Below, piece after piece: positions 35,829-48,387 of a stretch of DNA of 64,000 nucleotides. This DNA is from Amphiscolops sp. MND2022. Its lineage: Eukaryota. Made by a program: the position numbers and the translations under genes. Numbering within the stretch: the stretch's first letter is position 1; every line of letters begins with the position of its first letter. The notes under the pieces are model-generated. The model had not been told where the DNA came from. It searched no databases and saw only the letters and a program-made list of their open reading frames with translations. The stretch lies in the NCBI GenBank assembly GCA_964187785.1, contig OZ076419.1, positions 35,712,001 through 35,776,000 of the forward strand. The letters are read 5' to 3'.

Positions 35829-36902
35829 TGAAGAAAGTCAAAATTCAACAACAAAGAATTACAAGTATAACTTGGATATCTATATAATTGTCAAACAAAA
35901 GCGTACAATCAGTATTGAAGGCGGCAATTTTGTGATAACACAATTGGTGGCAGATTTTTCAAATCAAGTCGTCTCAAGGTAGGATTTTCAAAAAAGATCC
36001 CTCGAGCTTCCTGCTCTCACTATATATACGTTACATTGCATGACAAGCAAATTTACAGTGGTCATAATACTAAAAAAAGCAATTGGGATACTTTAGGGCA
36101 TGTGACATCATACTTACGTCACGATACGTCATGTTATATATAGCGTCAAAATGAACCAGGTTCAAAGAGGAAAAAGGGGAAGCGACTTAGCCTTCCAGCT
36201 TGAAATGAATATAGTCTAGACACACGTAAATATGAATGAGTACATGTCTATCCAAATGCTACATGACAGCTAAAAACTATGATGGACGATTTGACAGTTA
36301 ATAACACCGTAACTGACATAAAGTCCAAATAACTACATCACACTGCATGCAAAATCTTTGTTGAATACATGAATCCATTGCGTACCTTAGGTCCGCACAG
36401 CTACATCATAGTATACTTGAACGGCTGGGATGACAACAAATAGTACCATATCAGACTTGTGGTCCGCACAGCTACAGCATATATATGTAGTAAAACAGCG
36501 CTGTGATTGGTTGATTAAACAGGGACGGCGTGTACACCGAGCGTCAACAAAAGTTCATTTGAACTCGTTTCCTAATTGCGTTTAATTGAAAGTTAACAGC
36601 ACTGTTAATTTACATTCAGTCTATTATACTACAGTATCTTTCAATCATCTAAACAGGCACAGGACTTTTACTAATTGGTTAAATAGAGCCCCATCGACTA
36701 AAATTACTATATCTAATGTGGCCTTGTGGACTGCAAGTCCTTCACGGCGAAAATGTAAAAGACTAACAATCAAATAAAATCGATTGAAGTTTTAAAGTAC
36801 CTTTAGTATTAATTGTCTAAATTGGAAGTACTCCGGGCTTAGTTTCTGAGTTTTCTTGGGGAATTTGATAGTAATTCCCGTCGCAGGCGGCAGCCTGCGT
36901 CA
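35170..36902 (-). repeat. 5' LTR of element B
   Basis: Direct repeat of 18971-20685; flanked by TSD GTTTG. Confidence 0.93.
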
Positions 36903-37616
36903 GTTTGACATTTGATGTTTATTTGATTATAATTCTGATTTTTGATTGATTTATTTTTGGTAGGCGCTTTTCCCCTTAAGGAAAAAAGCTCGACTATTAC
37001 AGTGAGTAGTTTTTCTAAGCTGACAATCTCACTCTGAATGGTCCACTTTTCTTACAATCTATGTTTTTCATTTCATCTCACTCTGAATGGTCAACTTTTC
37101 TTACAAACAATGTTTTTCATTTGTTCAACTTCGCCTAATTTTCTGAGAAGAAGGAGAGCGTGGGTTGGATTCTCGCACTAAACCACAAATTTTCTTATGC
37201 TTCCAAAAGTATAGGTAAGACCAAAGAGTCCTCCCTTTGGTTTTTTCAGCACTATTCGACTTGTTTTTCGATTTTTTAAAATTCTATCAAAGGGTACCCC
37301 TTTGCATTTTTTGGTTTGAAAAAAAAACGTTTAATGAACCTAAATGGCCTCTTTTTGTGTTTTTTGGCATTGTGCGACTTTTTTCACTTTTTTGATAATA
37401 CTTTTTTTGTTTTGAATAGTTGTTCCTTGAATAATTTTGAGCCTTAGATATGGCGCCGATTTGGTCCGTTCCCGGCTTGTTTTTTTTCTTCAGCAGAAAG
37501 TTGCTGAGTATCTTCAGTTTCAGGCTATTAGTGTTAGACAACTCATTTTTTTGTTTTCGGGAACTTTCTTCTGCTGCGGAACCAAAACATATCGAGTGAA
37601 ATGCAAGTTGTTTCAG

Positions 37617-37832
37617 ATCCTCGCGAATTGAAGTTCGAAGGACAAGTAGACTTATGTCAAGAGAAAACAGGGATTTGTGTTTCTTGTGGGTCGTTCCAGT
37701 TGATAGTAGCGGGCAATGTCACCGATTGGGAGACGGACTGTTTCAATGGGGGCGCAGTTGCTGATATCCTCAATTGTAGCGTCAAATTTCACGAACTGAT
37801 CGTTTTCAGTGAAATTGAAGTTTTTGGCCAAG
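37617..37832 (+). CDS. Host exon: C-terminal half of an F-type lectin (FTP)/discoidin-like domain
   Basis: Acceptor TTGTTTCAG|; VDLCQEKTGICVSCG...W..DCFNGG...IVFSEIEVFG resembles the FTP C-terminal pattern; phase-1 end at G|GCAAGT. Confidence 0.55.
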
Positions 37833-37901
37833 GCAAGTTGTAGTAAAGTCACGTCTTTTGTTTCAAAATTTCAACCTGTCTAGCCTGATGTCTTTCTCCA
37901 G

Positions 37902-38129
37902 AGTTAGTTGCAGGCGAAGTCCACCAGATGAACGTTCACAGAGGAAACATCATCGTTGATGATAATAATCACACATCAGATAGAAATGCTATACCCAACA
38001 GCAGAGTGTTCTCACAAAGCCCAGAAGAATGCTTCACCTTGAGTAACTCTGGCCGACATGAAGTTTCATTGGAATTTCCTTGGGCGCTTGTGACACATAT
38101 TCGCGTGCTGACTACGGCAGCAGAAGCCA
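37902..38129 (+). CDS. Host exon: N-terminal half of a second FTP-like domain
   Basis: Acceptor TTTCTCCAG|, donor A|GTGAGT, phase 1-1; EECFTLSNSGRHEVSLEFPWALVTHIRVL. Confidence 0.55.
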
Positions 38130-38213
38130 GTGAGTACAATTATCAGACACGAAATCTGCGAAGAAGCGATTTGTCTTTATATTTGGATTCAAACAGTTAT
38201 GAATTAATACGCT

Positions 38214-38607
38214 AGTCAAAAATAGTTTAGCTCCTAAAAGAATAGCCATGTGAACCAGTTTTCAATTAATTCAATGAGAGGGTGATCACGTCGATCCTAT
38301 GCACATTGAGTGAAAGTAACTGAAAAATTATTTTGTTTGGAAACCCAGGTTTCGACCTTTGCAATTCTGTGCAGATCTGCAGGGTTCTCCAAAGATAGTT
38401 GTAGTGACGATTCATACAGATCTACAAAATCTTCACAGAAGTGTGCAGATTTCCTGCATTAATGTTTTTAATTTGGGTTTCCAAACAAAATAGTTTTTCA
38501 GTTACTTTCACTCAATGTGCATAGGATCGACGTGATCACCCTCTCATTGAGTTAATTGAAAACTGGTTCACATGGCTATTCTTTTAGGAGCTAAACTATT
38601 TTTGACT
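38214..38607. mobile_element. 394-bp foldback/MITE with 134-bp inverted arms
   Basis: 38214-38347 is a near-perfect reverse complement of 38474-38607; 126-bp spacer. Confidence 0.85.
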
Positions 38608-40629
38608 CCAAAAAAGTCCAAAAATGAAGTATATTGGTTCATTAGCAGCGCTGCTAATGAACCAATATACTTCATTTTTGGACTTTTTCAACTACTTTAT
38701 CGAGTATGTTACCTGACCAAGGCTCAGTCAGTTGAAACTCTCCATCTCTCAAAATTTTTGAGCAGGATATCTTGTCCCCATCACGGTAATTTTGGTGTTT
38801 GGGGAATGTACGGTGTTGGTTATACACTGTAATTTATCCATTTCACTTGAACTTTCCAGAAGTGGTTGTTGAAATTTGAGAGGCTCGTCTGCTATATTGA
38901 CTTCGTTTTTACGGATGGAATTTGACATGTGGCAATCTTTCGGGTTGGTAGATGTGTTGATAAAGTGTTGTTGTTATACTATTTCGGGAACATGGTTTTT
39001 AGAATAATTTTAGTGATTGCTGGTAACTCGGAAAACATTATAGTAATTTACTGGATCATTGTTTGGCTCTGTGAAGATCTGTAGTCTCGACAGATCTGTA
39101 CTGATTACTGCATTATGACATAAATGAGACTTCTCTCCAGTTTTAAACATCGTTATTATTCGTTCGACGTCGCTGTGGGGTTTTATTGTGCTTCTGAGTA
39201 GATCTTTTTTTATTCTGGGCATATCTGCAAAGTTCTGCAAAAATCCTGCAGATCTGCACAGAATAAAATAAAGATCTACTCAGAAACACATAAAAAACCC
39301 ACAAAGATCGAAAACCAGGGCAGATCAACAAAAAATTGAACAAACCTATCAAGTACTCAAGTTTCAAGTAAGTGTTTGATAAGATTTGACGGATCAAGTT
39401 CCAACTAGGTAACAAATTTTAGCTGTTCCGTAGTGTGTTTTCTAATGATTCAGGAATCCTAATTGTTCGTCCAGATGTTATATTTTATTGCGTAAACTGT
39501 CGAAAGATAATTTTTCGTTCGTGAGCGTCTCTCCAGCTATCAACTTCTTGTTGAAAAAAGTGATAAGTTTTGCCGTAATAACGAACTACTTTTGCCTAAG
39601 TTTAGTCTTCTGTAAATTGTATACTACTTGCTTAAAGATTTTCTCCAAAAGCAAAGCCACAAAAGGTAAATCACATGCATTTGCAAACTCCTGAGAAAAC
39701 CCATATGATTGTCCCACGTTGAATATTTGAATATTTGAATATTTGAATATTTGAATTGATTTTCATATTTTTAGACTGAGGTTTAAGGAAGTCTAACTAA
39801 AGTTAAACTTCAAACATAATTCTGTTAATCAAGTCTACTTAAACGTTGAATTTGATTGTTCGTTGCACGGTTTTCGTAGACATCAAAGACAGGAATGTAC
39901 ACGGAACGACGTTTTTGAGAGATTCACGAACTTTTTTCTTCTCAAGATGTGCACTTTAGGTTATCGGTTTATTCTAACTCCTATCTTCTTCAGTTTTTCA
40001 GGTCGTATTTGCTTCCGATGCTGAGTTTACGTTTCAAGATACCATGTTTACGTTTCAGAAACTATCGAGAAATAATGACAACAGAAACAAACTAGAGATT
40101 GCCGAGTTTCGAGTAAGGAAACATTTCAACAGTGAAGCAATCCAATATGAATATGACGATCAGCAATTAATACGTCCGTCAGTCCATTCTTGGAAAGAAA
40201 CTAAAACTTTTCAGTCGCGCTATAATTTTTTCAAAGCATTTGACGTTTCCCCTGATGATTTACGATAGTCAATGACTGAATGCTCTAGTTTTGGAATAAC
40301 ATAAGGACCGCGCGTACTGAAACCGTGATATGGTGTGAAGAGAGATAGAACTTTTTGCCCTTAGTACATGGAGGGCGTGTCAGTGAAAAGAGTTTGGGTG
40401 TCAGTACGCTGCAAGCCTCCTTACAGTGTCAATAACGGTCCTTTAAAATAAATTTGGAAAACATCGGTTAGTAGAGAGTAATTTATAAATTTGGACAGTG
40501 TATCTCGAATTTTATTGATTGTCGGAAAATATATGGTTTCATGGTATGCACCCGAGGGATTTTCAGATTTATGAACGTGATCCCTCGTGAACTATAGCAC
40601 TGATAGACGAGTCTACGATTGCTTGTTGG

Positions 40630-43270
40630 CGGCGTGTCACTCTACAGCCTTTGAGACAGAGGACGGAACTACGTAGGAGACAAAACTTATCTTGGTTCTA
40701 ATGTAGCTAATCGCGTCGGCGTAGCTTTCTGATCATTTTTTGCTGATTTTTGCAGCTAGTCGGGTAATTTTTTGTGGTTGATGGTCCAGCGCCACCTGTG
40801 CGTGCAAAGATTAGGGTGTTAAAGGTGCTTTTTCCACATTTATGATTCAGGACTGGTATTTGAGTTTCTTTTGAGATTCGTGGAATTTATAAGCTTCGTT
40901 GACTTTTTTGAGATGTGTTCTAGCCAGCGGGTCGAAAATCTTGACGTCAAAAAATGTTCTACAGGAACCAGTCCAAAGTCCGTTTGCTTTAATGTCTAAT
41001 CTCGCCTCATCTTCAGTTGTCATTGTTTTGTGAACGAAGGACTCATCTTTCAAAGGCTGAAGTTTTGGCTCAATTTCAACATCATAGCGGACTTCTTTCA
41101 TAACGGAGGCGAACGTGTCGCGAGTTTTGTTGTGTCGCATCTGGGTGTACCCTCCTTTGTTGCATTGGAGGGAATGCGAAAGACTGAAAAGCTCTCCACA
41201 GGGACACAATGCCGGTTTTTTCAGTGGTTCCCACCCATAGCGAAGGGCCAAACTGTCGCGGAATTCCGTTTTCGTTAGATCAAAGTGTTATCGTTTGAGA
41301 GGCAGCGTCTTAAAACAGCTTGATGCACCTTTTTCAATTGACAGATCTAGTGCGTATCGTTGACTTTGATCGAGTTTTTTTCAAAACTGATACCTTTTCT
41401 TTGATTTTTGTGCACTTTTTTATTTCACGAATAAAGATTGTCGAGCTTCCGGGTCATCGTCATTGTCTAAACGAGCTGCCATTTGTCTCGACCAGTACAA
41501 TTCTTCTACTTTGTTTTCATGATGTACTATGTTAAGTCCACCATCCCTTACAGGCAAGGAAAAAAGAGACTAGTCCTCGTCCGTGATGTCGCTTTTGCCA
41601 GTTATTGCTGGAATCAGGTTTTCCTTGATCTTTCTTTCCGTTTCTTCGAGGTTTCCTATGAATTTGGGAGTCATCCGTGAAACAAAAGTAAATAGTTTTG
41701 GAGACCTTTGGTAAAGCAGTGAAACACATTTTGGTAAGAAACTTATGCGTGTTTTGTCAACTTCTCTACGATCTGGTTGTATTCATTTTGTTTATAGCTT
41801 CTGAGCTTGTCACAAGCAGCTTCTGATCCCATTACCGATGTCCGTCAACAATTTCAACAAGTTTTTTTCTTCTTTGTTTAACAGACTTTGAGCTTGTTTC
41901 ATGTTTTCGGTTTTTGCAATGATGTAACATTTTGTCAGTGTGTAGCCGAAAGCCGGTCCATGGTTTTTCAATTGTTCGTGGACCGTGTTTAGATCTTTGA
42001 GACTGCCTGTTACATTGCCGTCGTCGGCGTACCATTTCTGAGTGATGATTTTTAAATCAGATCAATCAACGGTAAGATAGCAATTCCGTACATCGCCATG
42101 GCAAGGGGATCTCCTTGAGTCGTTCCCTCTTGTAATTGCAAGGTTTTGCCATTGACGAAAATACTGGTCGGAGTTTTGTACGAACTCCTGATAGCTGATA
42201 TAATTGAAAGACATAATTTTTCGATGTTCCGGAGCGTGAGATCCCTGTTCAGGCTATTAAAAGCGTTCTTTACATCTATGATCAAAATGCCTTCATCTTC
42301 AGGGGTCTCGAACTGTGTCCTGAGGCTATATCTAGCTTGTTCGATTCCCCATTTCTGACCGAGACAAAGTTGTTGGTTTTTGCCTAAAAGCTTCAGGTCG
42401 TTCTCTACACAGCGCAGTGTGGTTCTTACTATGATTCGTCTGAGAACTTTCCCAACCCCTATTGGCCGTACCCTTGGTTTCTTGTCGAGGAGTATCAGGC
42501 GGCAGGCATTGTATGGCATCAGTGCTTCATTATCAATTCCTTCACGAGCGATCTTACGGCTAAGCGGGCGCCCGTACGGCAAAGCGATGTCGATGACTGT
42601 CTAAAATTAGACATCCAGCGCCTCCATTCGTTTGCATCCACACCGGATGGTTCGTGGCTCCCGTGTGTTTTCATTCTGGCCCGACGAATAGCTTCTGCTT
42701 GTATTCTGTCGAAGATTACGGATGGTAAGGCAGATTGTTTCCGGAACTCGCAACTACGTAAGCGTCGTCGCAGCTTTTAGCTGGGGGCGTTTATCCTTCA
42801 AAATATCAAAAACAGTCTTGTTGTCATTTTTTTTGATAGAGATAATACTCCGCCTTTTTCACAGACGTTAACACCCCGTAGGGCATTTGAAATTTTTCCA
42901 CCGGACATTTGTGCATCGAAGTCTCGGAACATATCTCTTGTTCTATTGTTCGATTTTGATCTCGTTGTTCGTTTCTGCAATGCCTCTGCTTCCTTGAAAA
43001 GATGCTCGATTTCACCATTTAGCCACATTTTCAGCCCCCCGGTCGTCGTCTTGTTCCTCGACGCATCTGGCTCAGAAGCAGTCCTTGCTAAGACTAAATG
43101 AGGCATTAGCATTGCTGCATACAGAGCTATGTTTTCACTGCATTGTTTCTATGCACTTGCAGCAAGTTCGCGGTCCATTGTTTCAACAAACTTATGCCCA
43201 GATTTGTTTTTAGGTAGCGTAATGAATAGTGGTTTCCAATGAACCACTTTTTATAAAAATCTTCATTACA
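40630..43270 (-). mobile_element. Degenerate non-LTR retrotransposon, CRE-like (RT + CCHC + restriction-like endonuclease)
   Basis: RPIGVGKVLRRII, DVKNAFNSLNR, GTTQGDPLAMAMY, WYADD (~42025); CPCG..SLSHSLQC..GG...RHN; RLDIKANG..FFDVKIFDP; terminal IRTKISFVLLRSSVLCLKG. Confidence 0.85.
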
Positions 43271-45345
43271 ACTGAATGCTCTAGTTGTGAACATCTACGT
43301 GCATGAAAAAAAATCAAAACAATCCAACAACATATCTCATAAGAGACTTGAAATAGTTTAAGCATTGAAGCATTACTGAGCTTTCGTTTTGTGAAATATT
43401 CCTTGAGCTACTATCGAAAGAGCTACTTCAAAAACATACAAAACTAACAACAAACTTTCATGTTACTCAAAAAAACTCGCCGTTGAAAATCTGTTATCAG
43501 TTAGCTTTTTGACCTAATTTGACCTTTCAAAATTATCAATGCTACTTTTGGCGTGTCAGATTTGCCTTCTTTTACCTTCAATTGTAACCTAAAATGAATC
43601 GAGGAAAATCCTAATTGCCCTGGTTGCACCAGGGAGGTTTTTGGTTCCGCGTTTCCTGAAACCGCCAGATCAGAATGAATTTTGCTGACTTTTTTTGTGA
43701 ATTGTTGCACTTTTAGATCTCATTTGATATCAATCTGATTCGACTAAAGTTTGATCTTTGCTGTTTATTTTAGCTGCAGCCCTCGTTGTTTGGTTGAATG
43801 TAAATTTCTGCAAATATAATTGTTTGAAGGTCTTGAAACACTATTATAGTCTATCAGAATTTTCAAGTCTCAGCGTCAAACTTTTCGTAGTTTCCGATCT
43901 TTTAAAATTAAATTAGCGTTGTTTACAAATAGCGTCTTGAAAAGAGCTGCGGATCAATTATATCAGTTTTTAGTTACGATTCAGCTGTGTTGTGGAAGAC
44001 GAGTTGACGCCAACTGACTCTCAAATTTCTTCTGTAACTCAATGTTTTAGTCGCGCTAATGAGTTGGTTGTCTTATCTACAACCATTCAATTAAGACGAA
44101 AAACTCGTTATGGAGACAAAGAACGTCGCCTTGCTGTTCATTTCAAAAGGTGATGAAACGGTTTTGAAAAAACATCCCTGGTCCTAGAGCGTTCTGTTTG
44201 TCTGAAAAAAACGGTCTTTTAAAAAACATGAAAGACCATCATTCATAGAGCGTTTGTTCATACTTGGATCTACAGCAAAATCTTCAAAACAAGAAGGATA
44301 GTATACGTGGGAACAAGAAAATATAATGGCAACTTCAGAGGTTTCTGTCTGGTTTACCCGGTCTTCTCGACCAGATTATTCATACTCTGATCATATATGG
44401 GACCATACAAATCATGCAATTTTTTTCTTACCATGATCAAACTGGAATCATATTTGATTCAGAATATGGTCAGTCTATAACCATAAACGTCTCTGGTCCA
44501 GTCTGAAACCAAAAATGGCCCAAACGATGTTTAAACTGAAATCTAAAAATTTTGTTTCCCACGCATGTGGCTGTGACACGCAATATAGAGATTGAGAACC
44601 GCCAGCTTTATAGGCCGAATGTAGATCATGCAATAGAGCCACGTTCGACATTTTGTATCTCCGAACGATACATTGCAGGCCTCAATTTCGTAACTTTTTG
44701 CGGAGCTAATGACAATTTATATCCACACAAAAATTTCTCAGACACTCCTTTATTACATCGGTACCATATTTATGGAATCAGACGGATCATAAGCTGAACC
44801 ACCGTTTTGAAGTCATTTAGAACATAATTTAGAACATTTAGGCCATATATGGAAACAAGTTAATCATAGATTGAACCATTTATGGTTCAGAGCATTGTCA
44901 GCTTGGAATCATAAAGTTTTATGGTCAAGTGAATAATCAGACTGACATCAACCTTTCCTTATTCTGGTAGAGTATGATCAAGCTGTTTCTGTGTGGTAGG
45001 GAAAAAACCCGTGTAGGCATTAATTCGGACAACAGGTTTGATAAATCAAAGTTAAAGGAAAAAAGATTCAGAGAAAAGTTTCCGCCGCAGAGCGTAGGAT
45101 TCATGCTAGTCATGGTCATTGTCAACTTTTATTCTTTGTAAATTGTTCAAATTATAAAACTGTTGAGTTCTACACGATATGAAAAAGAAGATACACGTGT
45201 AGACAATTGGAACGTCCTAGAGTCATTTCTGACACAACTATCGAAATGACTGTAAAAAAACTAGAAGCGAGTTTTGAGCATTCAAAAATAATCGTCAATT
45301 CAGAGTTTTGAGTTTACTCAGAGTTTTACATAAAATGTTTTCCAG

Positions 45346-45542
45346 GTGGTTACATAGAGGGTATTTGGGTCGATGTTTGCTCGTATGGTAAGCGTTGCTT
45401 ACCTTGTGCAGTTTCCACTCAAACTCCAAATGGTGAGTGGTCTGAGTTATACTGTCTTGGAGGGAAAATTGCAGGCAATGAAGTCCGCATCAGACCCAGT
45501 CTATCGAGTGTCAGTATTTGTGATATCGAAGTGTGTGGATAA
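45346..45542 (+). CDS. Host terminal exon: C-terminal half of an FTP-like domain
   Basis: Acceptor TTTTCCAG| phase 1; IWVDVC..KRCLPCA...GEWSELYCLGGKIAGNEVRI....SVSICDIEVCG*; paralogous to the 37617 exon. Confidence 0.6.
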
Positions 45543-47671
45543 CCAGTTGGTTAGTTCCCTACGTTCTTGAAGAAACAAACCCTTCAAACACTTTCACTGA
45601 TCGATGTGTTCATGCTCATCAACCTTATCAGATAATACCAAAAACGAGCCTGTGGAGTCTAATTTGTTCAGCGACAAGTAAAGCGGTCTTCGAGTAGCTA
45701 TGGGCTTAAATTTTGAGTTACAGGTCTTTCAAGAGCCAACTTGAAGTTTCAATTGTGAGGCTGATCATCAGCAACCTTTTTTATCCTTTTTTGTGACTTC
45801 ATCCATTTTAGCTTCGTACATCACCAAGAAAAAGAGTCAAATCAATTTTCTGTTTTTGACCTTCAGTCAGCAAACGAAAATTTTTGCGAAACCTAACCCG
45901 GAATAGAGGTGGGAATTTCTGGATGCATCCAAAAATCTGGTGCTTAAACTTTAAACCGCAATATCTCTAAAGCTATTCGAGTCCGACAAACGATTTATAC
46001 AGCGTTCGAAAGAGGAGCATGAGGGCTTTTAAATCAGTTTTTAAACTGCTGAGCTGGGGCTTCGCCGCACTGGCCCCGGACTTTGCGCCAAAACTTGGCA
46101 CTCGTGGTGTCTCTGGCTGCAGCTCAGCTTGTTTCAAAACATACTAGGGCTCCTTTGACCTAATCTTGTCCCCAGTATCATAAAGTGGCCACGCAAGAAA
46201 ACAGGAAAATCGGAACATTTGCGCTAATTTTTTTTATTTTTTGGTCCCGTTTTTCTGATTTTGGAGACAGCAAGTCAACAATCCGTGAAAATGCGTGCAA
46301 TTCTATGTTGTTTTGTCTGAAAATCTTATTCAAGAGTTTTCTTTACCATACGGTGGGCTGGTGCCTTTAGAAGTTAGCAGATCTTGAGTGGTGCAAATAC
46401 GTACCACAATGCTAAATAGGGTTAAACTTGTGTTAGGTGTTCGGTGTTTAATATGGTCATATTACAAAAGTCATCAACGTGAAATAAGAAAAATTGTATC
46501 TATTCTATTTGACATTTTTTCTTTATCATATCTCATTTCGGTTTCTTCAAAAACAAGTGAAGAACTATATTTTTCGTTGATATAACCATATCTGTCCCAA
46601 CAGACAGCTTTAACTTCGAGGACTACGTTCAAAACAAGTTGAGATGTTTTACTCCACGAAAAGGTGCCATAGAAGAAGTATAGAAGTTTGAAAATTCAAG
46701 ACAGAATTTTTGTTGCAGAAACTTTTATTTTCGTTTTTCTTGGAAAAAGTGAAAGAGCTTTTATGTTCAGAAATGGTATGGAGCCATTCAAAAGACAAAA
46801 TAGAATGGTCTTACTAACAGAAGTTGAAGTTAGTTGTTGTGAAAGTATGCGGGATTGATTCAAAACTTACTCGAATTTGAGAAGTTTTTGGTTATGGATC
46901 GAATTTTTGGCAATCGACAGGTACTTGAAAATAATTTGGCATTGGAGGTGATTAGTGCCTAATTTATGGATTCGTTTTGAACAGCGATTGTCTGAAATGG
47001 AAATGTTAGAATTGAGTTTACGAGTAACGAGAACAAAAACTAGGGAACATCGAGCGGATTTGTTGAGAGCGTTTCATGATTAATTGAAAGGTAGTTAAAA
47101 ACAAATGAAGAAGAAGTGGTTGAACATTGCTCTCTGTCATGATGGATATACAGAAGGTGAGTATCAGAAGAGATGGTGCTATTGAGTTTAATTGGGTTTT
47201 GGAAGTGGTGTTAACATTTAAAAGAGTAGGGATTTGTTATAATTGTTGAGTTAGATAGGAATATGTGGAGTTATGACTTAGCGTTGGGAGATATTGTTAT
47301 TTTTTGACGTTTAATCCAACTCCAAACTACGTGCTTTCAGGTTGAGTATGAGTATAAAAAACTTGTTAGAAGTAAAATTGAGAATAGTATAATGATATCG
47401 CATTCTGTGAAGCAGTTGCAAAACGTTCGCAAAACTTGATCCTTTCACAATCACTGTCAGTTTCATTAGGCAGAAGATTTTATAGTAGAAGTGCCTTGGT
47501 GTTTTTCGTAAGCCGCTTTAATTTTTAGTACTAAAATAAGAGACAGAATGAGATGAGAAAAAATTGAACGAAGAGTATGTTACTTCATCACCGCTATCTT
47601 GAATTCGGATACTATCTTGGTCATTGCCATAATTAGTGAGTTCAGGATAATAATCGTCTTTTGAATGGAGA

Positions 47672-48387
47672 TGTAACGTCAAGCTAGCAGCTACATCTTA
47701 GAGACGGGACGATGCCTAGAATGCCTGAACAGGAGACCGATACCTTAACACAACCTAGACACTAGTTTTTAGTCCAAAGCGGTCTCCTAGGGGAATTTTC
47801 CAAACGTCTTAGGAGACTCCTCATATGAGAGCTCCGTGGCGACGTGCTGGGGCACTCATAGTCCGGACACGTCCCACAAGTCTGTAAAAACATTCCTCAA
47901 GCTTCCTGAGAGTTCCTACATACTTCCGAGGTCCAAAAGGGTATCTAGCTGAAATACATTGTATTTGGGGAATAGGGACTAAAGTTAAAACCTAGCAGGT
48001 CAAACATCATCCAAATACCTACAAACGGCAACAAAAACATAGAGATAAGCTCAATTAACATAAGAGTTCGAGTTTGATCAGTTCCTGGCATCGGGCATCA
48101 TTCTGCATCTTCAGGGCAAAATGGTCTATTTTGGCATTTCTCGGGTGGAAACAGCAGATCACTGGGTATTGCTCTGTCGCTGCTTCCGGATATCTTCGAA
48201 CATCTACTTCTATAGGTTTTTTAGTCTCTTGGTGGTGGGGTGAGTTGGGCTTTTTCGTGTGTGTTTTTTGTCACTTCTTTATGATTTCAAGGACCTGTCA
48301 GGTCGGCCATTTTGACTCGCACGTTTTTTGCATCTACATCGAATTCTTGGAGTAATTGAAATTTTGGATCGGATGCCTGACGTTACA
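47672..48387. mobile_element. 716-bp LTR-like unit
   Basis: Perfect 10-bp terminal inverted repeat TGTAACGTCA...TGACGTTACA; flanks GGAGA/AGAGG are not a clean TSD. Confidence 0.55.

Larger units (their letters stand above)
18971..36902 (-). mobile_element. Giant Ty3/Gypsy LTR retrotransposon (element B), both LTRs present, internal deletions and a nested DNA transposon
   Basis: Two ~1.72-kb LTRs with TGTCGC...GCG(A/T)CA ends; GTTTG at 18966-18970 and 36903-36907; PBS, gag, pol on the minus strand. Confidence 0.95.

Noticed and set aside
39880-40120. Further FTP-like exon(s) (ICFRC, KLEIAEFR) with splice-like sites
   Set aside because: Motifs lie in different frames with stops and phases do not fit; at best a pseudo-exon.
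44100-46400. Possible MITE or repeat fragments around the 45346 exon
   Set aside because: No TIR pair or TSD could be defined by eye.
46650-47500. Decayed LINE endonuclease/RT fragment on the minus strand
   Set aside because: Only faint resemblance (TSVSK, SNAKLF); no convincing motif.
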